Source of the DNA: Macrostomum lignano
Taxonomy: Eukaryota
Assembly: GCA_002269645.1 (NCBI GenBank)
Contig: NIVC01000244.1
Span: forward strand, 1 to 64,000
Reading direction: 5' to 3'
Length of the DNA stretch: 64,000 nucleotides
Shown here: positions 24,401 through 36,400 of the stretch, piece by piece
Layout: the number at the start of each line of letters is the position of its first letter
Position numbering within the stretch: the stretch's first letter is position 1
Notes under the pieces: generated by a model
Databases searched by the model: none
Told to the model about the DNA's origin: nothing
What the model saw: the letters and a program-made list of their open reading frames with translations, nothing else
Program-made: the position numbers and the translations under genes

Positions 24401-27400
24401 GAAGATATCTGTTGGGGATACCTAAATACCGATTAGGGATGCCTAAATACCGGTTGGGGAAGACATCTGTTGGGGATACCTAAATACCGATTAGGGATGC
24501 CTAAATACCGGTTGGGGAAGATATCTGTTGGGGATACCTAAATACCGATTAGGGATGCCTAAATACCGGTTGGGGAAGATATCTGTTGGGGATACTCAAA
24601 TACCGGTTGGGGATACCTAAATACCGGTTGGAGATACCTAAATACCGGTTGGAGATACCTAAATACCGGTTGGGGGTACCTAAATACCGGTTGGGGATAC
24701 CTAAATACCGGTTGGGGATACCTAAATACCGGTTGGGGATACCTAAATACCGGTTGGGGGTACCTAAATACCGGTTGGGGATACCTAAATACCGGTTGGG
24801 GGTACCTAAATACCGGTTGGGGATACCTAAATACCGGTTGGGGATACCCAAATACCGGTTGGGGATACCCAATTACCGGTTGGTGATACCTAAATACCGA
24901 TTGGGGATACCCAAATACCGATTAGGGATGTCTTAATACCGGTTAGGGATACCCAAATACCGATTAGGGATGTCTTAATACCGGTTAGCGGTACCCAAAT
25001 ACCGATTAGAGATACCCACAAAATGGCTGGGAAGAACATCTGAAAACCGGTTGGGACGGCACTGAAACACTGAGCAGAGGCAAGCAGCACAAGGAAATCT
25101 TACTCTCTATTATTCGCCCGGTCCTCAAGCAGCAGTTCATCCAGCGAGCAGGACCGCCTCTTTCCGCACTCCTCCTTGGCGTTGCACACTGCGGCGGCCG
25201 TTGCGGCGGCGGCTGCGGCTGCTGCAGCGGCGGCAGCGACTGCATCGCCAATAGTGGCCGAAGATGTCGAAGGTGGAGGCGCTCGAGGAGGCGGTGTTGG
25301 CGGTGCCTCAGTCAGCGGTGCCTCAGTCAGCGGTGTCGCGGCGGCGGGGTGGGGGCAGAGCGTCTGTGGCTTGTCGGCGTGAATCGAAAGCGGCGACCTC
25401 CTGCGAGTTGGCAAGTCGGGATTGGGCTGTCACTTGGCTTAGCTGCTTAAAAAAAAGCCATTAGAAATTTTTGCATGCCAACATGCGTTAACTGCCACTA
25501 TGAGTAGAATATGCCGATTAAAAATTGACATTTGCAAAGATTCTGTCGCTAATTAACGTCGGGTTTCCTTCCTCTTGTAGCCTCATTTTCTGTGCAGGCA
25601 CACGAATGAGGCAACGTAAGCGCACCAAAAATTGGGTGAAAAATGATGCAATTTTCCACGAAAAACAGGTACTCGATTTCAGAATTTCATCTATACTAAA
25701 ATATCAAGAAGCGAAGGGATCTCGTGGTGCTACTAATATATCTTATATTAGCCAATGTTGATTGCCAACGCAAAACGCGAGTTTTATTATTATTAGTAGT
25801 AAACATGCGGCAGCCACAGAAGCGGAGACAGTGGAAAAATAACCTGCTAACTTGTAAAGCTGGGTGGGGCAGGGTAGATGGAGGAATTTTTTAAAGCTCA
25901 ATCCAGCTTCCAAGCTCTTAAATCGGACACCGATATTGCAAAGTTTAAAGATGGCACACGAGATTAACAAAAAAATATGAATGAAAAGCTGCTAAAGCAC
26001 TAACTGACTAGCTTTCACTCAAGACCGTCTCGACAGCGATGATAGCCTCTGAAAAAAAGAGAGAGCAAACAGAAAATCAATAAGCCGTGTAATGAGATTA
26101 GCTAATCCGCAGCCGCAGCATTTTAGCTAAAGCAGAATCAGTTATTAGAGCTTGCGTATTATAAAATGTGCATTGCTAGCGAGTGAGTTCAACTAATCGG
26201 TTAGTGTAGTTGCACCGCACCTTGGCTGTATCCATGGTCACACAATTGGATAAAGCTACCGTTGCTATGCTGTATCCATGGTCACACAATTGGATAAAGC
26301 TACCGTTGCTATGCTGTATCCATGGTCATACACTTGGATAAAGCTACCGTTGCTATGCTGTATCATGGTCACACACTTGTATAAAGCTACTACCGTTGCT
26401 ATGCTGTAGTCATGGTCACACACTTGGTTAAAGCTACCGTTGCTATGCTGTATCATGGTCACACACTTGTATAAAGCTACTACCGTTGCTATGCTGTAGT
26501 CATGGTCACACACTTGGATAAAGCTACCGTTGCTATGCTTTATCCATGGTCATACACTTGGATAAAGCTACCGTTGCTATGCTGTATCCATGGTCACACA
26601 CTTGTATAAAGCTACTACCGTTGCTATGCTGTAGTCATGGTCCCACACTTGGATTAAGATACCGTTGCTATGCTGTATCCATGGTCACACACTTGGATAA
26701 AGCTACCGTTGCTATGCTGTATCCATGGTCATACACTTGGATAAAGCTACCGTTGCTATGCTGTATCATGGTCACACACTTGTATAAAGCTACCGTTGCT
26801 ATGCTGTATCCATGGTCACACACTTGTATAAAGCTACTACCGTTGCTATGCTGTAGTCATGGTCCCACACTTGGATTAAGATACCGTTGCTATGCTGTAT
26901 CCATGGTCACACACTTGGATTAAGATACCGTTGCTATGCTGTAGTCATGGTCCCACACTTGGATTAAGATACCGTTGCTATGCTGTATCCATGGTCCCAC
27001 ACTTGGATTAAGATACCGTTGCTATGCTGTATCCGAGTTCTACATTCAAGTTCTAACCGCTGTAAAGTTGATTCATCAAGCAGTTTTTAGTCTAGCACAA
27101 GTGCTTACCAATCGTGACCTAAAATAGTTTCTTAAAGATTTCTTATATGCATTTCAGCCCACCTCTCTAACTGAATGACGGATTAGCTTCGTGTATGTAT
27201 ATGTATTTACTGACTAAATGTGAGGAGAGAAAGGTTGAAAAATAGGAGGGCAAGAGGGAGAGATTAAGGCTCCAGTGCATAGCCAGAAGGACAGCAGGTT
27301 ATCAAATTAGGCGCCAAGTCAAACTAGCCTAGCACCGAAGGCTACCGTAATCAGAGCTAAAGCCTTCTCCTAGCCCTCAACTGCCCAGCCTGCCAACACA

Positions 27401-30400
27401 GGGTGCGGGATGGATAGAGAGAAAGTTGAAGAGGAAAGAAAAAGCGCAACACTATACTGATGCTGCTGTTTGTGCCGCTGAAGCAGGTTCCCTTTTGCTT
27501 TTTTGTTCAGAATGCTTTAAACAACACTATTTTTACACTCATGCGGTTTATTACCGCAATAGTCAATACTCTAATATACAATTTGTTATAATCCAGTGCA
27601 ATCTCCACCCCCTGCTGAGCCGAACTAGCTTAATTAGCCTAACCTATATCCATTGCAAAATAAATAGATAGACATGAACTCAACAAAAGACAACAGATGC
27701 TCAACTCAATAAATGTAGCAGCAAAAAGAGAAAAATATCGCATCAGTTAGACACCAGGTACTGACTAAATGTGAGCCTCGGCATAAACTGAATGGAACTC
27801 ACTGGAGGCAAAGGAGGCGGCTGTTGCTTTTGCTGTTGCTGTTGCTGCTCCTGCTGTTGCTGCTGCTGCTGAGCTGTGGGCGATGCCAGATGACTGTTCT
27901 CCTCGCTAGAGGCGGAAGTCGATGCCGCAGTCGGTCGACCCTCGGCCAGGGCCGGCAGCAGCGGCGGCGAGTGGTGCACATCAGCGCTGACTGTGACGCT
28001 GCCGCTGCTGCCAACGCTGCTGACTGTGTTGATGCTAGACGCAGGTGGCCAACCGCTGGAGCCGGAGTCCTGCTGCTGATGGTGCCTGCCGTGCTGCGCC
28101 CGCCAGTGCTGCTGGGAGCCCGGCTGCTGCCTCAGCTGACGCCTGGCAATGGACAGGCGGAGGCAGCCGCCCGGGCCGCCGCATTCGCGGATTGCTCGAC
28201 GCAGAGTGGCCGTCGCTTCCGTGTTGTTGACGCCTTCCAGCGAGTAGCCGTTCACGGACAGCAGCTGGTCGTTCTCGCGGAGCCGGCCATCCTGTACAAG
28301 GAGTTCCAGAGACAGCTTTCTGCATGAGGTCATGACCCCGCTGACCCCAGTATCTGCCAGTCTGAGGTCATGACCCCGCTGAACCCAGTGTCTGTCAGAT
28401 ACTGCCAGTCTGAGGTCATGACCCCGCTGACCCCAGTGTCTGTCAGATACTGCCAGTCTGAGGTCATGACCCCGCTGACCCCAGTGTCTGTCAGATACTG
28501 CCAGTCTGAGGTCATGACCCCGCTGGCCGCTGGCCACAGTGTCTGTCAGATACCGCCAGTCCGAGGTCATGACCTCGCTGATCCCAGTGTCTGTCAGATA
28601 CTGCCAGTCTGAGGCCATGGCCTCGCCATAAAACTCAGGGTGCCATAAAGGCCACGAACCTTGTAAGCGGCGCCTCCACTGATGACGCTTTTCACAAAGA
28701 CGCCGCGGCCGCCGGAGTCGCTGCTGGCGCTGCCATTGCTGCCGCTCGACAACGGCAAAGATTTGACGCTGACGCCAAGGCTACCAGCCGCAGCATCAGC
28801 CAGCGGGATGTCCAAGTTCAGTACCAGCCGGTCGGTGTCCTGGGCTGAGCTTGCCGTTGAGGATGCGGCCGCTGCCGCTGCCGCCAATCCAGCGAATGGT
28901 TCGCCAATGTCAGCTGCCAGGCCCAGATACTGCTGGAGGGGGGAGTTGGAATGCTGAATGACTGACTGACTGACTGACTGCCTGCCTGCCTGACTGACTG
29001 ACTAACTGGCTGGCTGACTGACTGACTGACTGACTGACTGACTGACTGCCTGCCTGACTGCCTGACTGGCTGACTGACTGACTGCCTGACTGACTGCCTG
29101 ACTGGCTGACTGACTGACTGCCTGATTGACTGACTGACTGACTGACTGACTGACTGACTGCCTGCCTGCCTGCCTGACTGACTGACTGACTGACTGCCTG
29201 CCTGACTGCCTGACTTGCTGGCTGACTGACTGACTGACTGACTGACTGACTGACTGCCTGCCTGACTGGCTGACTGGCTGACTGACTGCCTGACTGACGA
29301 ATATCAAAATCCAAATGATCAATTCCTAATTGAAACTCATAACAAAGGGCAGCTGGGAATAACTAATCAAAAGACTCAGAATTCCGCGCATAGTGACTAA
29401 TGCCTGCGCATCTGGTGCTGCAAGTGAAATTCAGGCCTGAATAAAGTAAGATCCGAAACCATATCCATATCAACATCCATATCGTTATACTCGCACATTT
29501 ATGATGGCATCTTCTTTTTTGCCTAATTTGAAAAATTTCAAAATTGGCAATGCTCATTAAAACGCGATGGGAGTACATATGCCGTATGTATATATATATA
29601 ACGCTCATACATATATCTATAAAGCTGTAAGAATCGCATGCAATAGTAATGACCTACCAATCATCTCACGAACGCAGACTGTCCACTCACTCCTTTACTG
29701 CCTCTGTCATTCACTCTCTTCCCCGCATCTGTCACTCACTACTTCACCGCATCTGTCACTCCTACTTCACTGCATCTGTCACTCACTACTTCACCGCATC
29801 TGTCACTCACTACTTCACCGCATCTGTCACTCATTCTCCCGCATCTGTCACTCATTCTCCCGCATCTGTCACTCACTACTTCACCGCATCTGTCACTCAC
29901 TACTTCACCGCATCTGTCACTCACTACTTCACCGCATCTGTCACTCATTCTCCCGCATCTGTCATTCACTACTTCACCGCATCTGTCACTCACTACTTCC
30001 CCGCATCTGTCACTCACTCTCTTCCCCGCATCTGTCACTCACTACTTCACCGCATCTGTCACTCACTACTTCACCGCATCTGTCACTCATTCTCCCGCAT
30101 GTCACTCACTACTTCACCGCATCTGTCACTCATTCTCCCGCATTTGTCACTCACTCCTACTTCGTACTGGCCTACGTACGACGCACTACGGCCTACGGAA
30201 AGTCGCTCTCACCGACTTTTCCCGACATGTCACTGTCTTTCCCCCATTTATATATTCGTGTTTGCGATTTGCACTTTTCTGCGTGTACATGGTTTGATCT
30301 TTCTTATTCAAGCGCACTCTTATGTACAGTGCAGCCGTTTCCGTCCTAGGTATGGGGGCTGGCTTGAGCCCCATGCTTAAAATATGTCTCGCACGGTGCA

Positions 30401-33400
30401 TGGTTTGATGCGAAGATTGTGTCGCAAGTGCGTGCCTTTGACTTGTCATTTAATACGAAGATACGAAGCGAATGTGTTTTATGACGTGGCGTGGCTATTC
30501 ATCATGGCAAATCCAGTCTCGGCCCGGCTGCACCAGACACAGCAGAAACACGCAAAAAGCGCTTCTACGGCGCGTCCCTGCTGAATAGCCAGTTTGCGCG
30601 CAAATAATCTCGCATCAGTCCGCCGACGTGCCCTTTCATCGCACCCTTCCGCACTTTTATCCCGCACTGTGTGCTGTATATGCGATTCACTGATTTCAAA
30701 ATAGATTCGCCTTGAACCGCCTGCCTCCCACTGCTGCCTGGATCCGCGAAGTGGATTACGAAGGGAAGTTGAAAGGAACATGGCTTTGTAGAGCTGGCTG
30801 ACAGATACAGATTGCTAGCATATGACTGTCCATACGTCTGTCTTATGTGTCTGCTCGTCTGTCTGTCGTTATGCCTGTCTGCCTCTCCAGTCATTCAGTC
30901 AGTCTGTCTTAGCATTTTGATGTTTGTCTTAGTGTCTTAGTGTCTTAGTGTCAGTCTGTCTGTCTGTCTGTCTGTCTGTCTGTGTCTGTCTGTCTGAATC
31001 TATTAGCCAGTCCCCCCAGGCTTGTGCCAAGCTTAATGAGATAACAACTACACTTAACTTCCCTTATCACAATGAATCTCATTTAGAGCAGCCTCAAGCA
31101 ACCGAACGCTAGTTGCTCTAATGCTGCATTGTAGACCAAAGACCGGACGATAGGCCAAGAGCGAGGAAAACTGATAGCTTACCCGAAGCCAATGGAGAGG
31201 CAAGAGAGGAAAAACAGGAAGTAATTTGGCGCACAAATTTTTGCCCCGCTCGGAGGCAAAGCAGCTATCGAGAAAAAATCCAGCGGCACATATCGGGGGG
31301 CAGTGCGGATTATTAGGGGAAATATATTTTTCTGCGCACGAAACAACTGAATCGAACGGAAGACCAACGGAAGGTCAGCTGTCTCCGCCCTCGGCTTGTA
31401 CAGCCAGCCATTGCGGGCACTTAGCGAACTAGGGGGGGGGGGGGGCAGACCCATAATTAAATTCCAATGCATAGCGCGGCCTAAACTGCAATAGCATTAT
31501 GCAGATATAATTTGCCAAAGCAGTTTATTATGCCTACTGTTGCACTCCCTGACAGTGAAAAAAAACTTCAGGGAGCTTTTTTCTGTCATTGTGAATGAGC
31601 GATATGCTAGCCTTTAAGCTTTCAGGATTGCAGGGCAGTTCAGCAACAAAATGCAAGTCTTTTAAACTCCCACTTGACCTCTTGTGTCTGTTAAACCTTG
31701 ACTTGACTTTAATAAGCTAAGACAACAATCGTACAAGAGCCTTCTTGAACTTGCTGCCCTAAAGTTCCCCCGAAATGCATAAACAAAGACAGGTAACTAT
31801 AATGTTAACAATATCTTTTTTGAGTTTATTGATGGCTCGATTTTATTACAAATCAACTACGAATTCAGTTTGTATATATAGATGGGAATTACTATTACAC
31901 CTAAACCCAATGGGAGCCGGTTGCTAAAGAGACTAAAGGGAGTAGGTTACGGATAGTCTAGTAGGGAGTGGTTTCCTAAGGGAGTAGTTTCCTAAGGGAG
32001 TAGTTTCCTAAGGGAGTAGTTTCCTAAGGGAGTGGTTTCCTAAGGGAGTGGTTAACTAAGGGAGTGGTTTCCTAAAGAATGGTTTCCTAAGAGAGTGGGT
32101 GGTTTTCAAAGGGAGTGGGTGGTTTCCTAAGAGAGTGGGTGGTTTCCTAAGAGAGTGGGTGGTTTCCTAAGGGAGTGGGTGGTTTCCTAAGAGAGTGGGT
32201 GGTTTCCTAAGAGAGTGGGTGGTTTCCTAAGAGAGTGGGTGGTTTCCTAAGGGAGTGGGTGGTTTCCTAAGAGAGTGGGTGGTTTCCTAAGAGAGTGGGT
32301 GGTTTCCTAAGGGAGTGGGTGGTTTCCTAAGAGAGTGGGTGGTTTCCTAAGAGAGTGGGTGGTTTTCTAAGGGATTGGGTGGTTTCCTAAGAGAGTGGGT
32401 GGTTCCCTAAGGGAGTGGGTGGTTTCCTAAGAGAGTGGGTGGTTTCCTAAGGGATTGGGTGGTTTCCTAAGAGAGTGGGTGGTTTCATAAGGGAGTGGTT
32501 GGTTTCCTAAGAGAGTGGGTGGTTTCCTAAGGGAATGGTTTCCTATAAGGGAGTAGGTTCGCATTCCTGCTAGACAGACGGGCTTAGTCTATGTATAAAT
32601 ACTAGTTTGAGCCAGCCACCATCAACTCGCGCCTCTCCTCTCCTAGCTCCCTACTCATCCACCCGCCCATCCAGCTACTAGATTTCATTAAGGTGCTTTT
32701 CGAGACTGCAAGGCTCATTAGTCATAAGCCGGTGAGGAGGAGCTGAGACGGCTAACTAAGCCACCCTAATCGGGGGAGGCGTAGAGGCGGTGGGCCGCTG
32801 TCTAAATGCTCATTATCGGGGGTCGGAGGCACTGCCGCTGCCCGCAATTAGTTGTAGGCCGGGGCCGCAGCACGCAAGCCGCTAGAGCTGGTGCAGCCAG
32901 TCACACACAGACAGAGAGGGGATTTCAAATCGCATGGGAAATGCAAACCATTAAAGGGTTAAAGGCAGACCGAACCTATAGAGGTGTTTCCTAATTTCCT
33001 AGAAGCTTGGTTCGGTCCTCCCGACGAATTAGGGATCAGAGAAATAAGCTAGGCGCGGAGGATAAGCCAATTTAAGCATTGCAATCACGCGTTGGAAAAT
33101 TCTGGCGTTTTATCCAGTCCATGCAGCTGGCGTTTTATCCAGTCTATGCAGATAGCGCCTTATCCAGTCTATGCAGCTGGCGCCTTATCCAGTCTACGCA
33201 GCTGGCGCCTTATCTAGTCTATGCAGCTGGCGCCTTATCCAGTCTATGCAGCTGGCGCCTTATCTAGTCTATGCAGCTGGAGCCTTATCTAGTCTATGCA
33301 GCTGGCGCCTTATCTAGTCTATGCAGCTGGCGCCTTATCCAGTCTATGCAGCTGGCGCCTTATCCAGTCTATGCAGCTGGCGCCTTATCCAGTCTATGCA

Positions 33401-36400
33401 GCTGGCGCCTTATCTAGTCTATGCAGCTGGAGCCTTATCCAGTCTATGCAGCTGGCGCCTCATCCAGTCTATGCAGCTGGCACCTCATCCAGTCTATGCA
33501 GCTGGCGCCTTATCCAGTCTACGCAGCTGGCGCCTTATCCAGTCTATGCAGCTGGCGCCTCATCCAGTCTATGCAGCTGGCGCCTCATCCAGTCTATGCA
33601 GCTGGCGCCTTATCCAGTCTACGCAGCTGGCGCCTTATCCAGTCTATGCAGCTGGCGCCTTATCCAGTCTATGCAGCTGGCGCCTTATCCAGTCTATGCA
33701 GCTGGCGCCTCATCCAGTCTATGCAGCTGGCGCCTCATCCAGTCTATGCAGCTGGCACCTCATCCAGTCTATGCAGCTGGCGCCTCATCCAGTCTATCTA
33801 TTGGGCATAGGATTTATCTATCCTACGCTGTCCTTATACTCTGTGCTTTATCCAGTCGGCATAGTTTGAGGCACAATTCCAGTCTACATTATTTAGCAAC
33901 ACACTGGACAGTCGAGTCGTACGCCCAACAGACAATATAGAAGTTGCAAGGCAAAGGTATGGAGACCCAACCTGCAGCGTGTAGCAAAAACCCCGCATTT
34001 ACAGTGAAAGCATATATCTGATATACTCTTACAAAAAATGTTGCATTGCCCAATGCCATGCGAAGAGGAAGAGAGGGGGGGTAGAAAAATTGAAAGAGAG
34101 AAGTTCATTGACACGCGAGCCATCCATCTTAACACACTATAAAACGAATAGCAATGAAAAACACTGCTACACCCAGCAGTAATATAGTAGTAGTAGTAGT
34201 AGTAGTAGTAAAGCAATAAAGCAACCCGATCGTGATACCCGAAACGCCAAAAGTAATCAGAGAATCTTAATCCAAGATCTCAAATCCCAGTTGAGCCCTG
34301 GATACTGAGAATACTCGGGCACGTTGGCAAGCTGCAGATGATAGAGTAGCAACTGTGGGGGCATGACAGATTTGGATTGAATTTTTTCAGCTTGTCAGAC
34401 TAGCAGATATCTAGTCTAGGCAGACAGGCTGCCTAACAAGAGACGCAGATAAATTATGAAGCCAGTTTTCGTTCCAACGCTCAAGGTTGATGTCTGCAGC
34501 TTCACGCGATTGACGATTCAGAGTTGTTTCTCGCAAACTGCGGCAACTCCTTTTAGAAAGCATTTTAGCACATTGCAACGCTTTTTTTGCGTAATCACTG
34601 GGGTCCTATCCTGATAATCCTGATCTTCACTTCATGGAAATCGATGTTTAAGCATGATTTCAGTGAGCTCATAAATTGAATAACATCACTGAGATATAGA
34701 GAGTCTACTATGAAAGAGGTTGCTGCTGGTATCCTTCTTTGTACTGATGTCTACTATATGGTTGTGGATCTAGGTTGACCTAAATTGATTTTCTATTCAC
34801 AGTCTGTCTTTGTCCTAAAACGCCTATACTTATTCAATTTTGGATTCGAAGTACGAGCGTATTTAGAAGGGGAAAGGGTCAGGGGTGTCTCCTTGTTCAC
34901 AACTTGTTCAGCTCTTCATCTCGGCCATGTCTTATTCACTTTTTCAACTCTACCGATACTATACTGCCGCCACCGCTGCCAAACAGTCTATCTATGAATA
35001 CCAATGAAAGCAGGCCAGCAGATGTGGGGCGGCTGGCGGAGGGGAAGGGCGAAGTCAGATCCTAGAGGGGAGATTCTGTCTGGCAGGAGACAGAAATATG
35101 GTAAGGAGAGCTAAGCGGATCCGGGAGGGATCAAAAAGGCTGAGAGCGGATGAGAACAAGACACGGGCAACCCGGCCCGCCCTGCACACTTCCGGACCAA
35201 GAAGTCAAGGAGATCTACATGTAGATCTATGGGGGGGGGGCGTAGCCCAGTTGTCTAGCGCGGCGCTCTGTGTCAGCGGCCCAGGCTCGATTCCAAATGC
35301 AGTCAAATTATTTCGGGGCTAAATTGGAATTGCGGCTTGGCTCTGCTCGTGCAATTAACGGCCTTGAGGGCAAACCCCCAAGGCAAGTATTTTTCTTGCC
35401 TTGACTGCATTGAGCAGTCCATTGTGCTTAATTAGAGTAATAAAACACCTCAAAACTGTCATAAGGAGTTGCTACTCCCAAGTTATAGATCTAAGAGCTC
35501 CCTGTCTGGCTAAGTGCATCCCTCTACTTATCTCTCTACTAATCTCCATCGCACTCCAGCCAGTGAATGAATAGCTTGCGTAGGTCCTCAGTCTCCTGAT
35601 CAGTATCAGAGCTTGAAAGCATGCCAATTGAAACCCGTCGAACGTTTCACCCGGAATTTTTTCCGGAATTTTGTGATCCGGGCCCGATTTTTAATTGATT
35701 TCCGGGTGAAGGCCCGGATCAGCTTTTTTGGCCCGGAACAGCCCCTTGTTCCGGAAAAAAATCCGGAAATATGATCCGGAAAATTTTCGGGAAAAGGAAA
35801 GCTGTTCCGGTCTGATTTTCCGGAATTTTTCACCCGGAACACTATGGAATTCTGGGTGTAGACCCGAATTTCAGTAGTGTTCCGGGTGAAAATGTTCCGG
35901 GTGAGATTTCGGGAATTGAGTCGGAATTCCCTAGTGATCCGGACCAACTGATCCGGAAAATTCACCCGGATCAGCTCCCTTGACCCGAATTTCAGCCAAG
36001 TTCCGGGCGAAGCTGATCCGGGAAAATTTCGGGACTTGAGTCGGAATTCCCTAGCGATCCGGACCAAATAATCCGGAAAATTCACCCGGATCAGCTCCCT
36101 TGACCCGAATTTCAGCCAAGTTCCGGGCGAAGCTGATCCGGGAAAATTTCGGGACTTGAGTCGGAATTCCCTAGCGATCCGGACCAAATAATCCGGAAAA
36201 TTCACCCGGATCAGCTCCCTTGACCCGAATTTCAGCCAAGTTCCGGGCGAAGCTGATCCGGGAAAATTTCGGGACTTGAGTCGGAATTCCCTAGTGATCC
36301 GGACCAAATAATCCGGAAAATTCACCCGGATCAGCTCCCTTGACCCGAATTTCAGCCAAGTTCCGGGCGAAGCTGATCCGGGAAAATTTCGGGACTTGAG

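Noticed and set aside
30186-30894. Several 60-110-aa ORFs, one with DYLRANWL reminiscent of MULE transposases
   Set aside because: The similarity is limited to one short motif, frames are broken by stops, and no DDE motifs or TIRs are seen.
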